From Candidatus Bipolaricaulota bacterium (lineage in GTDB: Bacteria; Patescibacteriota; Patescibacteriia; UBA11705; DATKZF01), in the NCBI GenBank assembly GCA_035528115.1, contig DATKZF010000003.1:86699-150698 (forward strand): 64,000 bases of DNA, read 5' to 3'. The notes below the pieces were generated by a model that did not search any database, was not told the origin of the DNA, and saw only the letters and a list, made by a program, of their open reading frames with translations. Below are positions 37,870 to 46,193 of this stretch, piece by piece. Made by a program: the position numbers and the translations under genes. Numbering within the stretch: position 1 is the first letter of the stretch; every line of letters starts with the position of its first letter.

Positions 37870-39150
37870 TTATATTATGTCACATTCTTTATTTTCTGGC
37901 TCTAATTTCATGAAGAAAAAAAGTAAAATCAAAGAAGATAAAAATTCCGTAAATATCACGGCGATTATCGCTCCCCAAATCCTGTACAATGGAACTAAAA
38001 TTATCAAAAGGATTATTTTTATAATAGGATTAATGAAGCGCGTTATATAAAGTTCTTTGTTTCTGGATTTGGCTACCAGGACATTGGTTATTAGCATTGT
38101 CGGATAAACAAGAAGGGAGAGGCCGAAAATTTGGGAATATATTACAGATTCCGGATATTGAGGAAAAATAATTTTATAAATATAAGGCACCAGCAAAATA
38201 TAGAGCGCCGTGATAACCGCCAGAATAATAAAAAACATAAGCAATTTCATGGGTATTGATTTTTTCAATTCCGAAATATTGCGGTTCGTTATCTTTGGCA
38301 ATACTAAATTATTCAAATTGACTAAATATCTCGTTTTTAATTGCTGAATGGGAGAAATGGCAATGCTATAGATGGCAACTTCAACCGGTCCCAAAAATTG
38401 AAAAATCAATACTTTATCCAATTGATTGGCAATATTTCCTAAAACGCCCATTAAGCTCAAGTGTTTGCCATAACTGACGGTTTTGGGATCAGCGGCGTCA
38501 TTAAATGGTTTTTGTTTACGGAGATGTAGATAGAATAATAAAGGTAAAAGAGCATTATAAATAAAATAAACCAAAAAAATAAATAATATCTTATCCGTAA
38601 AAAAAATAGTCAAGCCTAGGACAATAGTAAAGCCGATCAAAAAAACGATATTATACAGGCTCAAACTTTTAAATTCTTTTCTACCGACTAAAACTCCCTT
38701 ATATAGATTAAATGAATCAATAAATGGAATAAAGGCCGCGACCGAAAAGAAAATTGACGCATATTCCCAATTGCCAAGATACCAATAATAAATGGCAAAG
38801 CCGATACTGGCAATACTGCCTATCGCTCCCCACTTTATTCTTTCTTTTAAGCCTTTTGATACTGAGCCTTCAAAACCCCGGGAAACAGCTTGTATTATAG
38901 CCGTATTCATGCCCGATAATGAGAAAAGAATCAGTATGGCTACGATCGAAAGGATATATCTGTAAGCTCCATATATCTCGGGCGGCAGAAAATTGGCCAG
39001 GAGAATCATTAAGGCAAAATCAGAAGCGGCCATGACTATCTGCCCGAATGTCAGCCAAAAACCGCCTTTGGCCAAATAAATCATGTCTATTTTTGTCCAC
39101 TTTTGCGTCCATCGTAAAATTTGTTTTAATTTTTCCTTTATTTTTCCCAT
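37870..39150 (-). CDS. wzx: Oligosaccharide flippase
   Basis: About 12 TM helices; LPPEIYGAY; NQLDKVLIFQFLGPVEVAIYSIA. Confidence 0.85.
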   Translation of the reverse strand: MGKIKEKLKQILRWTQKWTKIDMIYLAKGGFWLTFGQIVMAASDFALMILLANFLPPEIYGAYRYILSIVAILILFSLSGMNTAIIQAVSRGFEGSVSKGLKERIKWGAIGSIASIGFAIYYWYLGNWEYASIFFSVAAFIPFIDSFNLYKGVLVGRKEFKSLSLYNIVFLIGFTIVLGLTIFFTDKILFIFLVYFIYNALLPLLFYLHLRKQKPFNDAADPKTVSYGKHLSLMGVLGNIANQLDKVLIFQFLGPVEVAIYSIAISPIQQLKTRYLVNLNNLVLPKITNRNISELKKSIPMKLLMFFIILAVITALYILLVPYIYKIIFPQYPESVIYSQIFGLSLLVYPTMLITNVLVAKSRNKELYITRFINPIIKIILLIILVPLYRIWGAIIAVIFTEFLSSLILLFFFMKLEPENKECDII

Positions 39151-39207
39151 ATTTTAATATCACTGAACTCTGTTATTTTATACTTCTTTCTTTTTGCATA
39201 CGAATAA

Positions 39208-39337
39208 AGTGGAAAATTTAATTTAAATAATTTTTTCCACAAGAGGCGCAAAAGATACTATACTCCCTCTTTGGATTCAAGACCGCAGCCGCATGAGGGG
39301 CACAGCATAGTTTCAATTACCCAGTCGTCGTAATTTG
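39208..39337 (-). pseudogene. Remnant of a Trm112-like Zn-finger gene
   Basis: MDQTNYDDWVIETMLCPSCGCGLESKEG, then after a +1 shift YSIFCASCGKNY and a stop. Confidence 0.5.
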
Positions 39338-39380
39338 TCTGATCCATATTTAATGAGTGAATTGCGTAAAGACATTAATT

Positions 39381-40004
39381 TTATTTACCAACCGTCCCCC
39401 ACATTTCTCCGAACCGAATCGAATAATCATCCAAATTCCAGCCGGCTTCGATTAATTCTTTTCTTAGATTCTCGACGGTGTACTCGACGAAATGCGTTTT
39501 GTCCAAACGATATTCGTAACCGTTTTTCTTTTTATAAACCGCCAGCCAATCCCGATCGATCAACGGCACCCGAATCAATATCTCATCCGACAAGTCGCGC
39601 AATTTTTTCAAAAAATCGATTCTATTTTCAATATGTTCCAAAACGTTCGATAAAACTATTTTATCAAATTTTTCATTAAAAGGATAAACGGTGGCGTCGC
39701 CGACCATGAATTCAAGATTGCCTTGTTTGTTGTGTTTTTTCGCTTTGTCTATATTGGCCGAAAGAATATCCATGCCGATAACCTTTCTCGCCTTTCCGGC
39801 CAAGTCATAAGCCAAAAGACCGTTGCCGCAGCCCAAATCCAAAACCGCGTCGTTTTCGTCGACCTTGGCGACGAAAAATTCATGATAATTCAAGATTTCA
39901 TGCTTGGGGTGAATGCCGCCGTTTTTCTTGATGGCGATTTTGGAAATCGCTTTATATGAAAAGTTATGCAGCCAAATGAAAAATTTTTCCGCGATTTTTA
40001 ACAT
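39381..40004 (-). CDS. Class I SAM methyltransferase
   Basis: VLDLGCGNG, LSNVLEHI, DKTHFVEY. Confidence 0.88.
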   Translation of the reverse strand: MLKIAEKFFIWLHNFSYKAISKIAIKKNGGIHPKHEILNYHEFFVAKVDENDAVLDLGCGNGLLAYDLAGKARKVIGMDILSANIDKAKKHNKQGNLEFMVGDATVYPFNEKFDKIVLSNVLEHIENRIDFLKKLRDLSDEILIRVPLIDRDWLAVYKKKNGYEYRLDKTHFVEYTVENLRKELIEAGWNLDDYSIRFGEMWGTVGK

Positions 40005-40008
40005 AATC

Positions 40009-40710
40009 TTATTTTTTCTTTTCCAAAACGCACCACAATATTTTATTATTTAAATTTTTTCTCAATGTCTCGCTTCCTAAAAAAGAGCCGAGCGTCAACA
40101 ACATCGCGGCCAAACTCGAGACCTCGCGCTTAATGGGAAAAAGCTCAACAATATTTAAATTATGCTTTTTTGCCTGATAATCCAGAAATTCTTCCACATC
40201 CGTGTAGCTAAAAAACCATTTGTGTCGATCAAGCGGTTTTTCGAAAGGCAAACCGTAATATTTTGCCCGGGAACCGAATTGTTTTCTTTTATCCAAATCA
40301 GAAACATTTTTAGCCTTTATTTTCTTAAAATATGACAACACGTCAGCGACCGCGTTGGGCAAGGAAATAATGATATATTTTTTTGAGACTCTCGCCAACT
40401 CTCCAAAAACCTCATGTAAATTGTCCAAATGCTCCAAAACATCGGTGCAAACTACCGAGTCGAATTTATTATCCTCGAAAGGCAAGGGCAAATCTTTTTC
40501 CAAATTGATTCTCAAATCCGGAGAACCGGCAAGATCAACCTCGAAATATCCGCGCGCGGACGGCAAATATTTTTTCAAATGATTTTCTCCTCCACCGCCG
40601 ATATTTAATATATTTTCACCCAAATATTCGCCCAATTCTTGAACGATAAATCGATTTCGCTCATCACGATTATGATAAGGATATTTGGAAAATTTTTTAT
40701 TTCTTTTCAT
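40009..40710 (-). CDS. Class I SAM methyltransferase
   Basis: ILNIGGG, FDSVVCTDVLEHL, IISLPN. Confidence 0.85.
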   Translation of the reverse strand: MKRNKKFSKYPYHNRDERNRFIVQELGEYLGENILNIGGGGENHLKKYLPSARGYFEVDLAGSPDLRINLEKDLPLPFEDNKFDSVVCTDVLEHLDNLHEVFGELARVSKKYIIISLPNAVADVLSYFKKIKAKNVSDLDKRKQFGSRAKYYGLPFEKPLDRHKWFFSYTDVEEFLDYQAKKHNLNIVELFPIKREVSSLAAMLLTLGSFLGSETLRKNLNNKILWCVLEKKK

Positions 40711-41510
40711 ATTGATGATTTTTTTCTTAAAACCAATAAAATTTGATGGCCGGTCAAAGGCGCCAGGATTTTCGATAAATAATATTTTAATACTTTCACG
40801 CCAAAATTTTTGGAACCGTATAATCTATTCATTGTTGAATTTAAAAATTTCACTTCATCTTTTAATCCTTTAACTCCGTCAAAAGGTTTTTTATACATCA
40901 ACTCAAATCCCAATTTTTCAAAATAATCTATTACCGATTCGCTCCGCAGAAAAAAATGATAAAAGTCATTCATCTCTGCGCGCTCCTCTTGGAAAATATC
41001 ATATTTGTTTTTTTTGATCTTATATCGACGCAGCCACGACAAATGAGGGAAAGTCAAAAATAAAAAACCATTGGGTTTTAACACTCTATGCATTTCTTTG
41101 GCCGAAAGTTCATAACCATCGTAAAAATGCTCGATTACTCCCAGTGACCAATATCCGTCAAAAAATTGATCATCAAAAGGCAGCTGCTGCACGTCCCCGG
41201 TGACAATCTTCAGCTCGGGGAAAAGCTGATTTAACCTCTCTACCGTTTTTTCCGCGTAATCGACGCCATACGAATCATAGCCATGGCAACGCAATCCATA
41301 AACATATTGCCCCTTTCCGCATCCGCCTTCAAGCACTTTGGCTCCTAATGGCAAAAATTTTTTCGTTATACCATTCACCAACCTGGATTTTTTTCCTGCT
41401 TCGACTTGCTTTTTAAAATTTTCGACATCCCATAAATTGTCCCAAAATTTACTGTCGGATTTTTTCCAAAACCTCAATAACATTCCGGATTCGGCATTAT
41501 AATATTTCAT
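40707..41510 (-). CDS. Class I SAM methyltransferase
   Basis: VLEGGCGKG, WSLGVIEHF, RVLKPNG. Start at MKYYNA. Confidence 0.88.
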   Translation of the reverse strand: MKYYNAESGMLLRFWKKSDSKFWDNLWDVENFKKQVEAGKKSRLVNGITKKFLPLGAKVLEGGCGKGQYVYGLRCHGYDSYGVDYAEKTVERLNQLFPELKIVTGDVQQLPFDDQFFDGYWSLGVIEHFYDGYELSAKEMHRVLKPNGFLFLTFPHLSWLRRYKIKKNKYDIFQEERAEMNDFYHFFLRSESVIDYFEKLGFELMYKKPFDGVKGLKDEVKFLNSTMNRLYGSKNFGVKVLKYYLSKILAPLTGHQILLVLRKKSSI

Positions 41511-42312
41511 ATGGATTTTTTTCCTATTATGGCGTACATCGCCGACGGAAAATTGACAATATTGTCCCACCGGCTTGAAAAATCAACCGCTCTTTTATAA
41601 AATGCTGTTTTCCTGAGACATTTTCCAAAAATTAATTCGGGCACGCTGATCAAACTAAAATGAAGTCCGAAAGAAAAAAACCGCCGAATTTGAAAACTTC
41701 AAATTTTTCATTAAACAACTTTTTGATCCGGATAGGAGTGTATTGGCGATAGCCGTGCCACAAATAAAGCGGCAATACCCAAAATGACGGCACGATATGA
41801 ATTTGAACGCCTCCTTGGTTCAGCGCCTTTCCGGACTTTTCAACGGCCAGCGAATCGTTTTTAATATGCTCCAAGGCGCTGATGGAAATTATCAAATCGA
41901 ATTTGTCATCGGTTTCAAAGGACTCGATTGCGGTTTGAAAAAACTTCGATTGGCAATATTTGGAGTACTGGTCAAAAGCATCATTTTTAAAAACATCTAT
42001 GCCCGTGTAATCGACAACATAACCCGCGTCAGCCAAAATTTTCCTGACATAACCCGAGCCGCAGCCGATGTCCAAGACTTTGATTTCTTTTTTTAAAATC
42101 AGTTCCGGCAATTTATGTTCTAAAAAATTGTCCAAAAATTGCCGGCCGGGAGAAGCGGAATTGGGAATCAAATCGATCGGCCGCCAATATGTCATTTTCA
42201 ATCTTTTTCTATACCCCCAAATGCCCCTAAAAAGATTATAAAACAAATAAATGATTCTGTCTTTAACAGTCAATTTGTTGCCGCTAAAATTGTCCCCGCA
42301 GATTTCTTTCAT
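41507..42312 (-). pseudogene. Class I SAM methyltransferase with a frameshift in the A7/T7 tract at 41674-41680
   Basis: VLDIGCGSG, ISALEHI. Adding one T restores 50+ codons ending in an ATGA overlap with the next gene. Confidence 0.75.
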
Positions 42313-43421
42313 GAAAGTATTGCCTTTATTTTTTGGGAAAATTTTTCAAGAGAATGATTCTTTTTCGCTTGCTCAAACCCAGCTCGACCGAAGTTGATCA
42401 CATCATCTTTGTCATCGATGACGCTCTCGATTTTTCTCGCCAAATCATCCGCGTCGCCTGCCTTAAAAATATAACCGGTCTCCCCTTCTTTAATGTAGCA
42501 TTTGGTGCCGTTTTTGTCGCTCGATATCACCGGCACTTTATTGGCCATGGCTTCGAGTATCTGAAACGACGCCGGATCGCTTAAGCTTGTCAGAACAAAT
42601 AAATCACTTTGCCGATAAAGTTCAATGACCTCGGCATGAGGCGCGTCGAATTTGAACTCGACGATATCTTCCATCTTGTTTTCTTTGACGAAATCCATCA
42701 ATTTCAATATGTAATTCGGATCGGCTTTTTCTCCGACCAAAACTATTTTCATCGGATAAAAACTTTTCAGTTTTTCCACAGCTTTTAAAAGCGTCAATTG
42801 GTCTTTGATCGGCTCAAATTTTCCGATGTTTAAAATATTCATTTTCACGTTTTTAAAATACGATTTTTCAAAATCGACAATGTCGTAAACGAATGGAATA
42901 TAATGAAATTTTTCGTGGCTTTTTTCATCTCTGCCGCTCTTTCGACAAATCGGCGAGGCGACCGCTTTCACTTGATAATGTTTGAATAAAAACCAACAAA
43001 CGAATTTTTCTTTCAATCTTTGGCAACGGAAACGATCTCTTTGAATAAAAACAATTGATTTTATTTTGAATCTTTTGGCGTATTTTAACGCGCACAAAGA
43101 AAACAAACTTTTTAAGCCCTTGACCATGATAACATCCGGATTGATCTCTTTGATTCTTTTTTTGAATTTCCTCAGCGGAGGCAATGACAATTTCAATTCC
43201 CAAGAATTTTTCAAATAAGTTTTTTTGAACTTGGAAAATATTTTTTCAAAAAACAAATAAACTCTTGAATAGCCGATGATCTCGGGATCGATCAAATCGT
43301 ATTTTTCCGACTTGCCTTTGTATTGAACGATCAAATCGACAAAATGCCCGGCGTTCTTCAAGGCCAAGATTCGATCATGCAAATTTATGTGATATCGCGG
43401 AGCGATGATTAAATATTTCAT
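42309..43421 (-). CDS. Glycosyltransferase family 4
   Basis: NIGKFEPIKDQ, FVLTS..ILEAMANKVPVISS. Start at MKYLII. Confidence 0.88.
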   Translation of the reverse strand: MKYLIIAPRYHINLHDRILALKNAGHFVDLIVQYKGKSEKYDLIDPEIIGYSRVYLFFEKIFSKFKKTYLKNSWELKLSLPPLRKFKKRIKEINPDVIMVKGLKSLFSLCALKYAKRFKIKSIVFIQRDRFRCQRLKEKFVCWFLFKHYQVKAVASPICRKSGRDEKSHEKFHYIPFVYDIVDFEKSYFKNVKMNILNIGKFEPIKDQLTLLKAVEKLKSFYPMKIVLVGEKADPNYILKLMDFVKENKMEDIVEFKFDAPHAEVIELYRQSDLFVLTSLSDPASFQILEAMANKVPVISSDKNGTKCYIKEGETGYIFKAGDADDLARKIESVIDDKDDVINFGRAGFEQAKKNHSLEKFSQKIKAILS

Positions 43422-43466
43422 ATTTCCTCTTCTTCCACCCAAATTTAGTTGGGGTTGAAGAGTCTT

Positions 43467-43543
43467 GGGACTTTAGTCCCTTTAGCTTCCACCCCACTTT
43501 CCTGCCGGCAGGCAGGAGTGGAGGGTTTCGGGACTTTAGTCCC
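43467..43543. repeat. REP cluster, left flank of RAYT3
   Basis: GGGAC-TTTA-GTCCC twice (43467, 43530), flanking TTCCACC-CCAC-TTT[CCTGCCGGCAGGCAGG]A-GTGG-AGGGTTTC. Confidence 0.8.
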
Positions 43544-44126
43544 CTTTTATCTTCCTAAAAACATCTTTTACTCCTATTTGATTTAACTTATTGAAATCCA
43601 CGTTTCCTTCGCCATCTTCATTTACATCAATGACTCGATAAACAAGATCCTTAGCGGCTTCCTCCCCGTATTCTTTGACAAACTTAATGTGGCTGAAAAA
43701 TTGGCATTCGCGCAATTCATTAAATGTGCTTACTTCCTTATGTTTCAACAAATTTCCATTGATGTAACCAATTACCCGCCAAAAACTGTCTTCGTCTTTT
43801 ATAACAAAAGCTTTGGTGCTCTGCCACATTTCTTGATATTTGCATTGAAACGTTTTCTTATATTGATGACTGACGCCGCCATTCAATAGTTGTTTCGTCT
43901 TTGAATATAACAAGCCATCATTCAAAAAAGCAAAATAGTGAAAATGATTGATCGCAATGCTGTAAGCTATTAATTTGATGTTCAATCTTTCTTCTATTTC
44001 CTCAAACTTATCCAGCACCAGCTTCTTTTTTTCAAAAGTGTTGAAATACGGAAAATGCAGAAATGTCGATGTCGTGATGAAATAATATTCGTTATTGGGC
44101 CAAAATGGCAGTTGGTTTTTATTCAT
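43536..44126 (-). mobile_element. REP-associated tyrosine transposase (RAYT), copy 3, apparently intact
   Basis: YYFITT, AYSIAINHFH (HUH), MWQST, GYINGN with the catalytic Tyr. AT-rich, REP-flanked, inserted between GT genes. Confidence 0.8.
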
Positions 44127-44146
44127 AAGCTCAAATTCATCTTTAT

Positions 44147-44246
44147 GGAAACCCTGGGCTAAAGCCCGGTGGAATCCGTCTTTTGCTCATGGATTCAACT
44201 TCTGCCATAGGGAAACCCTGGGCTAATGCCCGGTGGAAACCGTCTT
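44147..44246. repeat. REP pair, right flank of RAYT3
   Basis: GGAAACCCTGGGCTAAWGCCCGGTGGAAWCCGTCTT twice (44147, 44211), inverted relative to the left-flank copy. Confidence 0.85.
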
Positions 44247-45330
44247 AGAATTCAAACAAAAACTCATCCAACATCTCAATCACCTTTTTTATATCATACT
44301 TACACTCAACCATCTTTTTGGCGTGATCGCTGAAACTTCTCATCGACTCTCCATTTCTTATCGCCCAATTCATTTTCTCCGCCAAATCAGCCGCGTCTTT
44401 GACCTTAAAAGTCAAACCGGTCGCCTTGTTTTCTATCAACTCTTTATTTTCTTCAATGTCCGAAACAACGCACGGCACTCCGGCGGCCATGGCTTCCAGC
44501 AATGAATTGCTCATGCCTTCGTGCGCGGCCGCTGAAATATAGAGGTCGGAGCATTTCAATAATTCAACCACGTCGCTTCGATAGCCCAAAAATTTCACTT
44601 GTTCCGACAAACCGTTTGCCTCGACGAAATTTTTCAAAGCATTTTCTTCTTCTCCCACGCTGATTTGCAAATACTTTATTTTTGGATCATTCAATTTCTT
44701 AATGGCTCGCAAAATGTCAATCTGTCTTTTGCTGGGATAAAGTCTGGCCACGTTAATGATCACGAAATCGTTTTCATCGAGTCCGAGCTCGCGACATTTT
44801 TCCGAAACATTTGCGCTCGTTTGAAATTTTTCCAGATTCACACCGTTTGGAATAACTTTTGTTTTATTCTCTGGAACGCCCATCTTTTCATGGTAAAAAT
44901 TTCTCACGGCGTTTGAATTGAACAAGAAAAAATTAACTTTATTTTTGGTCAATCGATCGAGCTTCATCAAAAACGGCAAATCAAGATGTTTGTTTCGAAT
45001 AAATGCGATGATTTTTTTCACGCCGAACAATTTGCCGAAAATTCTGCTGAAAATATCCGCATGAATCAAATAATTGACTTGGACATCCGGCTTAAAATCT
45101 TTAATGACTTTTCTATAACGCCAAATGGCGCAAAGGTCAAATTTACTCTGAGCTTCCAAATAACGCACGGAGACGCCCTTTTGCTCCAATTGTCGGCCGA
45201 TATCACCGCGCCCTTTGAGGCAACAAACCATATTTTCCGTTTTTTTCAAGCCGGGCAAAGTCTTCAAAAGCATTTGCTCCGCTCCGCCGTGAGGCTCCAG
45301 TCCGGTGATTAAATGCATAATTTTTTTCAT
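44245..45330 (-). CDS. Glycosyltransferase family 4
   Basis: HLITGLEPHGGAE, VIPNGV, EGMSNSLLEAMAAGVPCV. Confidence 0.9.
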   Translation of the reverse strand: MKKIMHLITGLEPHGGAEQMLLKTLPGLKKTENMVCCLKGRGDIGRQLEQKGVSVRYLEAQSKFDLCAIWRYRKVIKDFKPDVQVNYLIHADIFSRIFGKLFGVKKIIAFIRNKHLDLPFLMKLDRLTKNKVNFFLFNSNAVRNFYHEKMGVPENKTKVIPNGVNLEKFQTSANVSEKCRELGLDENDFVIINVARLYPSKRQIDILRAIKKLNDPKIKYLQISVGEEENALKNFVEANGLSEQVKFLGYRSDVVELLKCSDLYISAAAHEGMSNSLLEAMAAGVPCVVSDIEENKELIENKATGLTFKVKDAADLAEKMNWAIRNGESMRSFSDHAKKMVECKYDIKKVIEMLDEFLFEF

Positions 45331-45454
45331 AAAATCGCTTATATTTTAGCAAAATATCCACAAATAATCAAATAAATGGCGCGGCCGCATGCGGCGCCCC
45401 AAATGGGCGAGCCGAAACAAACCAAACCGGTTTAAACTGATTTTATCCAATTTT

Positions 45455-45475
45455 AAAAGCCCCGTTTTTCGGGGC
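45455..45475 (-). terminator. Probable terminator
   Basis: AAAA-GCCCCG-T5-CGGGGC. Confidence 0.55.
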
Positions 45476-45491
45476 CTTATCTTTTTAAATT

Positions 45492-46055
45492 TTATTTATT
45501 GATAATGTTTTCCACGGCCGCCCACCTGGAGCCTCCTTCGGTCGGAATCAAGAAAACGACTTCATCGCCATCCTCGCCTTTGAAATAAGTGACGCTGGCC
45601 GTCAAAAGACGCCATTTCTTGCCTTCGGCCACGGCATAAAATTGTTTGGATTGATCGTCGAGTTCCAGTTCTCCCACCAATCTCTCTCTCTCAATCGGTT
45701 TGATTTGCTTATAAATGAAAGCGCCTGTGGGGCTGATCGTCAATTTCAAAATATCCCCTTCCACCAATTTGGATTTTGAAGCGTAATTGGCGGGCACGTC
45801 GTATTCTTTGCCATCCGCTCCGATCATGTTTTGTCCGTCAAAAACCCCTTCGAGCACCTGCTCGAGCGAATTTTTTTCCGGAGCCGGCCTGCTTATCAAT
45901 TCTTTTTTGACTCCGGCCGAAGCGTCTCCGATAACGTTGGCCGAGCCGTCTTTGGTGATCACCAGCTTTAATCTATCGATTTGTTTTTGCAAATCCGAAA
46001 TTACCTTCATCAGCTCTTCTCTCGAAGGCTTTTGTGACTTCTTTTTCCAGAACAT
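45492..46055 (-). CDS. Conserved CPR hypothetical protein
   Basis: N-terminal coiled coil plus LEGVFDGQNMIG.DGKEY.VPANYASKSKLVEGD motif. Confidence 0.7.
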   Translation of the reverse strand: MFWKKKSQKPSREELMKVISDLQKQIDRLKLVITKDGSANVIGDASAGVKKELISRPAPEKNSLEQVLEGVFDGQNMIGADGKEYDVPANYASKSKLVEGDILKLTISPTGAFIYKQIKPIERERLVGELELDDQSKQFYAVAEGKKWRLLTASVTYFKGEDGDEVVFLIPTEGGSRWAAVENIINK

Positions 46056-46078
46056 ATTTTTTTGTTTTTATTTTTACC

Positions 46079-46181
46079 GATGCGAATGCCGCGAATTAAA
46101 TGCGAATCACACGAAAATTCGAATTAACAATACCGTAATAACATTAGTGTCATTCGCGTGGAATTTGCATCATTCGCATCG
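46079..46181. repeat. Degenerate converging (RCGAAT)n palindromic repeat
   Basis: tgcgaat/cgcgaat/acgaa units on the left are mirrored by attcgcg/atttgca/attcgca on the right. Confidence 0.65.
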
Positions 46182-46193
46182 CTTATTTATATT

